From contig CAITZM010000081.1 of the NCBI GenBank assembly GCA_903896925.1, positions 12,111 to 76,110 of the forward strand: DNA of 64,000 nt. Direction: 5' to 3'. Below, in pieces: positions 8,336 through 16,163 of the stretch. The notes beneath the pieces were generated by a model. The model was given only the letters and a program-made list of their open reading frames with translations, had not been told where the DNA came from and searched no databases. Source of the DNA: an uncultured Lentisphaerota bacterium. GTDB taxonomy: Bacteria; Verrucomicrobiota; Kiritimatiellia; CAIQIC01. Each line of letters starts with the position of its first letter. Within the stretch, counting starts at the first letter, position 1. The position numbers were made by a program, and so were the translations under genes.

Positions 8336-8817
8336 GCCTTCACGTAGGCTTCCAAGCCCTCCAGGGAGATCTGGGCAGCTGGAATGTTCTTATTAACCTG
8401 CTCCCAAGCCAGGCGCTTGAACTTGAGCGAGCCGGGGGCCTGGCGCATGAAGAGCCCCCGCAGATGCTTCAGCTGGCGGGCCCGCGCCCGGTCTTCCGCG
8501 CGGCACGCCTGCTCGTCGGCGCGCAGTTGCGACTCCTGGGCCAGCTCCTCCCGCTTGAGCTCCGTCAGCAGCTGGGCGGCCAGCAGGGCCGGCCCGGTTG
8601 CGCCCAGGCTCAGGGAGCCTTGCCGCTGCCGTCCCTCGGGCGTGGTGACCCGGTAGCGGATGCGCCAGCCAAAGTGCTGGCCCGCTCCGTAGTGCCGGCC
8701 TTGGACGGATCCGTTTTCCAGGAAATGGGGCAGGACGGTGCGCAGTTTATCGCGCACCGCGGGCGGCAAGGCCAGCAGGCGCTCATGCCGCAGGAGCTGG
8801 TCCACGTCCAGCGACAT
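8167..8817 (-). CDS. hypothetical protein, 216 aa
   Basis: ORF starts 2 nt after the upstream ORF (8819-9466). Its low-complexity C-terminal tail overlaps the next ORF, so the 3' boundary is uncertain. Confidence 0.35.
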   Translation of the reverse strand: MSLDVDQLLRHERLLALPPAVRDKLRTVLPHFLENGSVQGRHYGAGQHFGWRIRYRVTTPEGRQRQGSLSLGATGPALLAAQLLTELKREELAQESQLRADEQACRAEDRARARQLKHLRGLFMRQAPGSLKFKRLAWEQVNKNIPAAQISLEGLEAYVKACAGQVRPPARGRPRQRRFGARPLATRKPGLLAQAAGLLWAAQQPPKQAPGSKPGS

Positions 8818-8818
8818 C

Positions 8819-9466
8819 TCAAGCCCTTCGGGCGGACGGGGCCGCTGCGCCCTCCGCCTGCTGGCCCTTCTGCGGTCCTTGGCCTAACAGCAGCGCGTGG
8901 CGGGCGGACGTGTAATCGCGCAAGACCTTCATATAGCTCTGCGTGGCCCGGTCCAGGAGCTCAAACAGCTGCAGGTTCTCCTCATCCGGCGCGTGAACGC
9001 TGGCAATGGACGGGAGCGGGACGGTAGGTGCCTGGGTCGACAGGCCGTAATCGCGGCTGGCGAGGAACAGCCGGAGCCGCATGATGACTTCGGCGAGCAT
9101 TTTCAGATGCGACCCGACGATCTGCTCGGTGAGGCCCATGATGCCCCGCTGGTCCAGCGCGTTCTGCACCGTTTGGCGGATCTCCCGCTCATACGTTAGC
9201 AGCCCGTACTTTAGCATGCCCCCCTGGTTGGACGGCAGGTTGTGCCCGAAGATTGTCTCCAGGTCGCCTTGCGCGATGGCCGCCTGATGCGCCTCCTGGT
9301 ATTCACGCTCGGGATCGCGCGGGGGCTTTTGATGGTCTGGGCGGGCCCTCCGCTCCTCCCGGCGTTTCTTGGAGGACTCTCTGGCGGCCCGCTGCTTGGG
9401 CTTTTGGCCTGCGTGCCCCGCGGGCGGGGGCGGTTGCTGTGCCGATACACCGGGTTCATCAGGCAT
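8819..9466 (-). CDS. hypothetical protein, 215 aa, basic N-terminus (KKRREERRAR) followed by a globular domain
   Basis: ORF with GGAAGGA ribosome-binding site 8 nt upstream of the ATG. First gene of the minus-strand island operon. Confidence 0.4.
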   Translation of the reverse strand: MPDEPGVSAQQPPPPAGHAGQKPKQRAARESSKKRREERRARPDHQKPPRDPEREYQEAHQAAIAQGDLETIFGHNLPSNQGGMLKYGLLTYEREIRQTVQNALDQRGIMGLTEQIVGSHLKMLAEVIMRLRLFLASRDYGLSTQAPTVPLPSIASVHAPDEENLQLFELLDRATQSYMKVLRDYTSARHALLLGQGPQKGQQAEGAAAPSARRA

Positions 9467-9857
9467 GGTTCACGTCCTTCCGCATAAGCTGTTCATCAAT
9501 TTCAGCCTGCGCAGGCTAGCAAGCGCGGCAGATTTTGTCAGCGAAAAATGCACACGATCATGCGCCGTGCTCAGGCAGCCCGCGCGGTTTCGGTATCGTT
9601 TCTATTTGACGCAACGGGCGTGGGAGTGCCCGGCAGCGTGTCCGGAGTCCGGGCTGTCCATGGGGTTGCACGGCTCTCAGCCCTGTGCTAATTTACGTGC
9701 ACATGAAGCGTAGGTATAAACTTGGGTCAAGCTGACCGGTGGCCGCGGAAAAGAAGCGGCTGTTGGCTGGCGCGGTGCAGACGGTCGCGCCAGTCGAGCG
9801 CGCCGCGGACCGGCCGGGTGTGGCGGACGGAAGCCTTTGCCGGCGTGGAGAGCGACG

Positions 9858-9995
9858 CAAATAAAAATATTTAAATTGACCAGGAATGTTTTCTTGTGCC
9901 CGGTGGCTGGAAAAAGAAATCACTTAATTATTTGTTATTATTTTAAATTGAAATACTTGTAAGTTTAATTTAGTCGCGATGTCAAACTGTCCCTG
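9858..9995. other. AT-rich segment (about 140 bp) in a GC-rich background. Likely island boundary or regulatory region.
   Basis: caaataaaaatatttaaattgacc ... ttattattttaaattgaaatacttgtaagtttaatttag. Contains two TTTAAATTGA repeats and -35-like hexamers. No ORF. Confidence 0.5.
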
Positions 9996-9999
9996 CCGC

Positions 10000-10455
10000 C
10001 TTTGCACCGCGCGCAGGGCTTGGCGCAGGTGATGAGGGTTGGGTGCACGCGCCAGCTAGTCCGAGTCCCCAGGAGCGCCGCCCTCCCGACCACCTACCCA
10101 GGGGCCACGATTCGTGGGAAGCTGGCGGATCGTGCAGGTGGCTGCGCTGGGCTGGCGGAGGCTGCCGCTGGCTCTGCCGTTGACGGGGCCCATCCGGCCG
10201 GGCCAAGGCCTTGCGGCTGTCTGCGCCTCCTGACGGGTTCCGTGTCAATATCACGCCGGGTGGGTACACCGGTTCGGTTGACCTGTCCGGCCGCGGCTCA
10301 GGGCCCTGTGGCGGGTGACGGGGCCGGTACTCCGGCGGCCGCTGACCCTGCGCCGTGCGGTGCGCACCAACCAGACTTTTTTCACAACATCTGCCAGCCG
10401 CCGCACACGACGGCCGCCCGTGAGCCATCGCCACCCTGTCGGGTGGTTTTTTTGT
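10000..10455 (+). ncRNA. candidate structured non-coding RNA (unknown family) ending in tandem intrinsic terminators
   Basis: About 450 bp of GC-rich sequence with no credible ORF. The only ORF is Ala/Gly/Pro/Arg-rich and runs into a terminator. A hairpin GGTGCGCACC with T-tract lies at 10359-10382. A second hairpin CCACCC-TGTC-GGGTGG followed by TTTTTTT lies at 10431-10453. Confidence 0.3.
10431..10453 (+). terminator. rho-independent terminator (plus strand)
   Basis: CCACCC TGTC GGGTGG followed by TTTTTTT. Confidence 0.55.
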
Positions 10456-10539
10456 AACTTCCCCTGAGAGCCTCCTGCTGACTTCCGTGACGTCTGCGGT
10501 GAAAGCATGTTCCCAACCCGCGGAAAAGTTTGCGCGCGA

Positions 10540-12699
10540 TCAGGCGAAGGGCATCAGGCGGCCGGGGGGGCCGTTGAGTTCGTCGTTCCAGTCGGCGGGT
10601 TTGGCGCCGGCGATGGTGGCGATGCGGCGCGAGGTCAGCACCGGTGCGCGCGCGTCGCGCTCCCGCACCGGGATGGCCTCGAGCGCGAAAATCTGCTGCG
10701 GGATCGGCGGCTTGCCGGGATCCTTGTAGCGCACGTAGAGCGCGGCCGGGTTGTCGTCGGCGAAGAACCGGACCACCGCGCCCTTGGCGCCGAGGCGGTA
10801 CTCGCGGTTGGTGATCAGCCCGCCGGTGACGAACCGCCGGAGGTGCGTGAAGAGGTCGAACTCGTAGACCACCGTCAGCACGCGCTCGCGGTCGAGGATG
10901 GAGCAGTGGAGCAGCGTGCCATCGACGAACAGCTTGTCGGCCGGCGCGACCACCTTGCAGCGCCCGTCGCGCCAGACGAGCAGCAGCTTGTCGAGCGGCG
11001 AGCAGGTGAGCAGCGGCTCGCCCGCGATCTTGTGGCCCAGGTAGCCCTTCTCGCGGTCGTAGGCGATGGCCAGCGCGTCGGAGGTCAGCTCGCGCTCGGA
11101 GATCTCGCCGAACTGCGCGAGCTGCGTGCGCCGCGGATAGTCCGCGCCGTATTTCTTCAGCAGGTTCCGCAGGTAGCGGATGGCGTAGGGCGCGAGCGCG
11201 TCCAGGTTCTGGCCCACCTCCGCCAGCTCGGCGCGGCTGCGCTCCAGCTCCGCCCGGTTCTTCTCGATGTCGAACAGCGAGATGCGCCGGACGGGGATGC
11301 CGAGCAGCGTCTCCAGGTCGTCCTTGGTCACGTCGCGCTGGAGCTGGTCGCGGAACGGCAGCAGCCCGTCGAGCACGGCCTGCTGCACGGCGGCCGCGGT
11401 GGCGCAGGTCTCGATGCTCTTGTAGATGCGCTGCTCGATGAACAGGCGGACGAGCGTCAGGCCGTGGAGCGCGTCCACCAGCTCGCGGCGCCGGTGCAGC
11501 AGCTCGGCGCGCAGCAGCTCGACCAGCCGCGCCGTGTTGTGGCGCAGGATCTCCGGCACCGTCAGCTCGACCGGCTTCTGGTCGTGGATGACGACGATGC
11601 GGCTGGCGACCTGCACCTGGCACTGCGTGAAGGCGAAGAGCGACTCCATGGCGCGGGCCGGATCCTGGTCCGGCGGCAGCTTGATCTCGATCTCGACCTG
11701 CTCGGCGGTGAAGTCGTTGAGGCTTTTGAGCTTGAGCCGCCCCTTGCGCGACGCCTCCTCGATGGAGGCCATGACCGCGTCGGTCGTGACGCCGAACGGC
11801 AGCGAGCGCAGCACCAACGTCTGTTCATCCTTCTGCTCGATGTGGGCGCGGAGCAGGACGTGCCCGCGCCCGTCGTCGTAGGCGCGCGCGTCCATCAGGC
11901 CGCCCTGCGGGAAGTCGGGCAGCACGCGGAGCGCCTTCTTCTGGAGGATGGCGATCTGCGCCTCGAGCAGCTCCGCGAAGTTGTGCGACAGGATGCGCGT
12001 GGAGATGCCCACGGCGATGCCCTCGGCGCCGAGCATCAGCAGCAGCGGGATCTTCGCCGGCAGGGAGACCGGCTCCTGCTTGCGGCCATCGTAGGACGGC
12101 ACGTACGCCGTGAGCGCGTCGTTGAACAACACTTCGCGCGCCAGGGGCGTCAGCCGGCACTCGATGTAGCGCACCGCGGCGGCCGGGTCGCCGGTGAAGA
12201 TGTTGCCGTAGTTGCCCTGCCGCTCGATCAGGTACTGCTTGTTCGCCAGCGTGACGAGCGCGTCGCCGATCGAGGCGTCGCCGTGCGGGTGGAACTGCAT
12301 GCAGTAGCCGACGATGTTGGCGACCTTGATGAACTTCCCGTCGTCGTTTTCGTGGAGCGAGAACAGGATGCGCCGCTGCACCGGTTTGAGGCCGTCGTCG
12401 AGGTCGGGGATGGCGCGGTCGCGGATGACATAGGCGGCGTACTGGAGAAAGTTGCTGTCCATCATCTGCTTGAGCGCGCCGTCGCCGGTGGCCTTCAGGC
12501 CCGTGGCTGGCGTTGCGGGCGGCATCTGGACAGCGTCCGTCCCGCCTTCGGCCGGGCTGTTGCCTACGGCTGCGGGGATGGCAGCGGCCGGCGCCGGCGG
12601 GGCCTGCATGCCGGGGAGTTCCGGCGCGGGCCCCGGATCGGGGTTTGGCGCGGGGTTGAACAGCGGCAGCTCGCCGGGTTTGTCGTCGGGCGCGCTCAC
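10540..12699 (-). CDS. parC: type IIA topoisomerase subunit A, ParC-like (topoisomerase IV) by size
   Basis: GLKPVQRRILFSL motif, then HPHGDASIGDALV. The active-site Tyr sits in AAVRYIECRL. Length 719 aa with no GyrA-box, so ParC is favoured over GyrA. Start overlaps the parE stop (ATGA). Confidence 0.8.
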   Translation of the reverse strand: MSAPDDKPGELPLFNPAPNPDPGPAPELPGMQAPPAPAAAIPAAVGNSPAEGGTDAVQMPPATPATGLKATGDGALKQMMDSNFLQYAAYVIRDRAIPDLDDGLKPVQRRILFSLHENDDGKFIKVANIVGYCMQFHPHGDASIGDALVTLANKQYLIERQGNYGNIFTGDPAAAVRYIECRLTPLAREVLFNDALTAYVPSYDGRKQEPVSLPAKIPLLLMLGAEGIAVGISTRILSHNFAELLEAQIAILQKKALRVLPDFPQGGLMDARAYDDGRGHVLLRAHIEQKDEQTLVLRSLPFGVTTDAVMASIEEASRKGRLKLKSLNDFTAEQVEIEIKLPPDQDPARAMESLFAFTQCQVQVASRIVVIHDQKPVELTVPEILRHNTARLVELLRAELLHRRRELVDALHGLTLVRLFIEQRIYKSIETCATAAAVQQAVLDGLLPFRDQLQRDVTKDDLETLLGIPVRRISLFDIEKNRAELERSRAELAEVGQNLDALAPYAIRYLRNLLKKYGADYPRRTQLAQFGEISERELTSDALAIAYDREKGYLGHKIAGEPLLTCSPLDKLLLVWRDGRCKVVAPADKLFVDGTLLHCSILDRERVLTVVYEFDLFTHLRRFVTGGLITNREYRLGAKGAVVRFFADDNPAALYVRYKDPGKPPIPQQIFALEAIPVRERDARAPVLTSRRIATIAGAKPADWNDELNGPPGRLMPFA

Positions 12700-14513
12700 G
12701 CGTCGGCCTCCACGACCAGGTGGTTCATGATGTAGGCGCGCCGCTCGGGCGTGTTGCGGCCCATGTAGAAATTCAGCACCGCGGGCACGCTGTGCCGCTG
12801 GCTGACGCGCACCGGCGTCAGCCGCATCGCCGGGCCGATGAACTGCTTGAACTCCGCCGGCGAAATTTCGCCGAGCCCTTTGAACCGCGTCACCTCGGCG
12901 CCGCGCAGGCCCTTGACGGCGGTGTCGCGCTCGGCCTCGGAATAGCAGTAGTGCGTCTGCTTCGCGTTGCGGACGCGGAAGAGCGGCGTTTCGAGGATGT
13001 GGACATGGCCGTTGTGGACCACGGGCTCGAAGAAGCGCAGGAAGAACGTCAGCAGCAGGTTGCGGATGTGCAGGCCGTCCACGTCAGCGTCGGTGGCCAG
13101 GATGACCTTGGCGTAGCGCAGGCGCTCGGGCGACTCCTCGATGTCGAGGCTGCGCATCAGGTTGTAGAGCTCCTCGTTCTTGTACATGATGTCGCGGTTG
13201 AGATCGCAGACGTTCAGCGGCTTGCCGCGCAGCGTGAAGATCGCCTGCTTCATGACGTCGCGGCAGCTGACGATCGAGCCGCCGGCGGACTGGCCCTCGG
13301 TCAGGAAGATCATCGTCCCCTCGCCGGCGCCGGTTTCCGCGTCGAAGTGCTGCTTGCAGTCCTTGAGCTGCGGCACGCGGATCGAGGTGGAGCGGGCGCG
13401 CTCGCGGGCCATCTTCTTGATGGACTGCAGCTCCCGGCGGAGCTTGACGCTTTCCGCGATCTTGGCGAGCGCCTTCTCCGCCGCCAGCGGCTGGCGGTGC
13501 AACAGGTCCACGACGGCCTCGCGGACCTGCCCGACCAGCTCGCCGCGCAGCTCGGAGTTGCCCAGCTTGTTCTTGGTCTGCGACTCGAAGACCGGCTCCT
13601 GCAGGCGGATCGAGATCGCGCCGGCCATGCCCTCGCGGATGTCGTCGCCCTCGAATTTCTCCTTGGAGAACTCGTTGAACGCCTTGACCAGCCCCTCGCG
13701 GAACGCGCTCAGGTGCGTGCCGCCGTCGCGCGTGAACTGGCCGTTGACGAACGAAAAGAAGGTTTCCTCGAAGCGGTTGGTGTGGGCGAAGACCAGCTCC
13801 AGCGTCTTCGAGCGGAACGCCAGCGGCGGGTAGAGCGCCTCGTCGCCGACCTCGTCGCGCAGCAGGTCGCGCAGGCCGTCGCGCGAGTGGTAGACCTCCC
13901 CGTTGTATTCCAGTCGCAGCCCGGCGTTCAGGAACGCGTAGAGCTGCAGCCGGCGGGCGAGGTGCTCCTCGACGTACGCCGCCTTGCCGAAGATCTCCGG
14001 GTCGGGCTCGAAGCAGATGAACGTGCCGTCCGGCTCCCCGGGCGCCTCGCCTTGGGTTTCCTTCTTCAGCTTGCCGCGCGCGAAGACCGCGCCGGCGAAC
14101 ACGCCCGCGCGGAAGCTGCGGACCTCGAAGTGGGCCGAGAGCGCGTTGACCGCCTTGGTGCCGACGCCGTTGAGGCCGACGCTGAACTGGAAGACCTCGT
14201 TGCTGTACTTGGCGCCGGTGTTGATCTTCGAGACGCACTCCACCACCTTGCCCAGCGGGATGCCGCGCCCGAAGTCGCGCACCGTCACCCGCATGCCCTC
14301 GCGCGTCACCGCCACGCGCTGGCCGCAGCCCATGATGAACTCGTCCACGGCGTTGTCGACGATCTCCTTGAGGAGGATGTAGATGCCGTCGTCGTAGTCG
14401 AGGCCGTCGCCGACGCGGCCGATGTACATGCCCGTCCGCTTCCGGATGTGCTCCAGCGGCGAGAGGGTCTTGATCTTGCCCTCGTCGTAGTTGTGTTGTG
14501 GCGGCTTGCTCAT
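12696..14513 (-). CDS. parE: type IIA topoisomerase subunit B, ParE-like (topoisomerase IV)
   Basis: RKRTGMYIG, LLKEIVDNAVDE, QFSVGLNGVGTKAVNALS, EGQSAGGS, ILATDADVDGLHIRNLLLTFF. Length 605 aa without the GyrB insertion. Confidence 0.8.
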   Translation of the reverse strand: MSKPPQHNYDEGKIKTLSPLEHIRKRTGMYIGRVGDGLDYDDGIYILLKEIVDNAVDEFIMGCGQRVAVTREGMRVTVRDFGRGIPLGKVVECVSKINTGAKYSNEVFQFSVGLNGVGTKAVNALSAHFEVRSFRAGVFAGAVFARGKLKKETQGEAPGEPDGTFICFEPDPEIFGKAAYVEEHLARRLQLYAFLNAGLRLEYNGEVYHSRDGLRDLLRDEVGDEALYPPLAFRSKTLELVFAHTNRFEETFFSFVNGQFTRDGGTHLSAFREGLVKAFNEFSKEKFEGDDIREGMAGAISIRLQEPVFESQTKNKLGNSELRGELVGQVREAVVDLLHRQPLAAEKALAKIAESVKLRRELQSIKKMARERARSTSIRVPQLKDCKQHFDAETGAGEGTMIFLTEGQSAGGSIVSCRDVMKQAIFTLRGKPLNVCDLNRDIMYKNEELYNLMRSLDIEESPERLRYAKVILATDADVDGLHIRNLLLTFFLRFFEPVVHNGHVHILETPLFRVRNAKQTHYCYSEAERDTAVKGLRGAEVTRFKGLGEISPAEFKQFIGPAMRLTPVRVSQRHSVPAVLNFYMGRNTPERRAYIMNHLVVEADA

Positions 14514-14758
14514 GCGTCAGGGGCGGTGACTGTAGCAGCCTCGAATCCGGAAACAAGCGCGGAAGCGGCGGCGGCAGATGAACACTCCACCACGAAGGCA
14601 CGCAGCGCCAGCCAGGGCGGTCGTGCGGGGTGCAGCTTCCTGCTTTATGGTCCATGGCTGATTCTCCCCACCTCTGTGCCCTCTGCGGTGGAATTTCCTC
14701 CGCTTCCTCCGGCCGCTCGCGGCTTTGCCAAAGCGGGGAAACGTGCTAGCGTGGGCCC

Positions 14759-16114
14759 GTGACGTTGCGCATTGCCAGCTTCGGGGTCAGGGGGTTCGTC
14801 GGTGTTTCGCTCACGCCGAAAGTCGCGATGGATTTCGCGGGGGCGTTTGCCGCGCACCTCGGCGGCGGCCGCGTGCTGCTCGGCCGCGACACGCGCGGCT
14901 CGAGCGCGATGCTCCACGCCGCGACCTTGAGCAGCCTCGTCGGCGCGGGCTGCGAGGTGCTCGACCTGGGCATCTGCCCGACGCCGCTCCTCCAATATGC
15001 CGTCCGGCCGCGCGGCGCGGCCGGCGCTCTCTCCATTTCCGGCGGCCACAACGCGATGGGCTGGAACTCGCTGACTTTCATCGGGGCGGGCGGCGAATTT
15101 CTCGACCCCGTCGGCGGCGAAGCCGTGCTCGACCGCTACCATGCCGGCGCCTTCCTGCTGGCCGACTGGGCGCACCTGGGCACGGTCCGGGCGGTGAACG
15201 ATGTGGCCGCGCCGTACTTCGAGGCGCTGGTGGAGCGGCTCGATGTGGCGGCGATCCGCGCCGCGCAGCTGACGGTGCTGATCGACCCGGTGGGCGGCGC
15301 GGGCTGCGCGTTTCTCGAGGAGTTCGCGCGGCGGCTCGGCGTCCGCCTGCTGCCCATCAACGCCCACCCTTCGGCCTATCTCGCGCGCGAGCCGGAGCCG
15401 CGGCCGCGCAGCGCGCGGCAGATGGCCGGCATCATCAGCCAGCTCGGCGGCGACGCGGGCTTCCTGCTGTCCAGCGACATGACGCGCCTCTCGCTGGTGT
15501 CCGAGACCGGCGAGCCGGCGAGCGAGGAGTGCACGTTCGCGGTGATCGCCAACCACGTCCTCGGCCGCAACGCCGGCACGGTGGTCACGAACACGTGCAC
15601 GACGCGGATGATCGACGACATCGCCGCGCAGCGCGGGGCGCGGCTGGTGAAGACCTGCGTCGGGCAGGCGTACATCGTTTCGGCGCTGCTCGACGAGCAG
15701 GGCGTCCTGGGCGGTGAGGGCAGCGGCAGCGCGGTGCTGCCGGACTTCAGCCGCGCGTTCGACGGCTTCCTGATGATCGGCCTGGTGCTGGAGGCGATGG
15801 CGCAGCGCTGCCAGAAACTTTCGGCCCTGCTCGGCGCGCTGCCGCGCTACCAGATCGTCAAGCGTCAGATCCGCTGCGATTCGCGCCACGGCTATCGCGC
15901 GCTCGACTTCCTTAAGGCGCAGCTGCGCGCGCGGCCCGATGCCGGCACGCTGGACCAGACCGATGGCCTCCGCATGGACTGGCCCGACGGCTGGGTGCAT
16001 GCGCGCGCCTCGCGGACCGAGCAGCTCGTGCGCGTCATCTCCGAGGCCCAGACGCGCGCCGTCGCCGTGCAGCGCGCGGACGAGGTCGAACGGCTGATCG
16101 AGCAGGAAATCTGA
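14759..16114 (+). CDS. phosphohexomutase-family paralog lacking the catalytic Ser and the metal-binding Asp loop. Probable pseudo-enzyme.
   Basis: Aligns along its full length with the downstream PMM/PGM. The active-site motif reads SGGHNA instead of TASHNA. The DPDGDR metal loop is replaced by SSDMTR. The GEGSG sugar-phosphate loop is retained. Confidence 0.6.
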   Translation: MTLRIASFGVRGFVGVSLTPKVAMDFAGAFAAHLGGGRVLLGRDTRGSSAMLHAATLSSLVGAGCEVLDLGICPTPLLQYAVRPRGAAGALSISGGHNAMGWNSLTFIGAGGEFLDPVGGEAVLDRYHAGAFLLADWAHLGTVRAVNDVAAPYFEALVERLDVAAIRAAQLTVLIDPVGGAGCAFLEEFARRLGVRLLPINAHPSAYLAREPEPRPRSARQMAGIISQLGGDAGFLLSSDMTRLSLVSETGEPASEECTFAVIANHVLGRNAGTVVTNTCTTRMIDDIAAQRGARLVKTCVGQAYIVSALLDEQGVLGGEGSGSAVLPDFSRAFDGFLMIGLVLEAMAQRCQKLSALLGALPRYQIVKRQIRCDSRHGYRALDFLKAQLRARPDAGTLDQTDGLRMDWPDGWVHARASRTEQLVRVISEAQTRAVAVQRADEVERLIEQEI

Positions 16115-16163
16115 TGAACATCGAACACCGAACATTCAACATCGAACATCGAAGTAAAGAGGA

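Noticed and set aside
9530-9570. Possible sigma70 promoter (CTGACA-N17-TAGCCT) for the island operon starting at 9466
   Set aside because: Both hexamers are weak and I could not distinguish it from chance. Only the adjacent perfect palindrome GCCTGCGCAGGC (9505-9516) seemed worth recording.
10060-10090. AGTCCGAGTCCCC resembling the RNase P RNA P4 strand (AGTCCGGGCTCC)
   Set aside because: The other universally conserved RNase P blocks (GGGTGAAA..GTAAGAGCGCACC, ACAGAACCCGGCTTA) are absent. The similarity is probably coincidental, so the region is left as an unclassified ncRNA candidate.
10382-11623. 413-aa minus-strand ORF, together with the 742-aa plus-strand ORF at 10507-12735, overlapping parC
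   Set aside because: Both are alternative-frame artefacts (Arg/Ala/Pro-rich). The parC frame has full-length type IIA topoisomerase homology.
13084-14655. 523-aa minus-strand ORF, together with the 680-aa plus-strand ORF at 12720-14762, overlapping parE
   Set aside because: Same reasoning: low-complexity alternative frames. The parE frame carries all GyrB/ParE motifs.
14645-16135. 496-aa minus-strand ORF opposite the first phosphohexomutase gene
   Set aside because: Antisense artefact. No motifs. The plus frame aligns with PMM/PGM.
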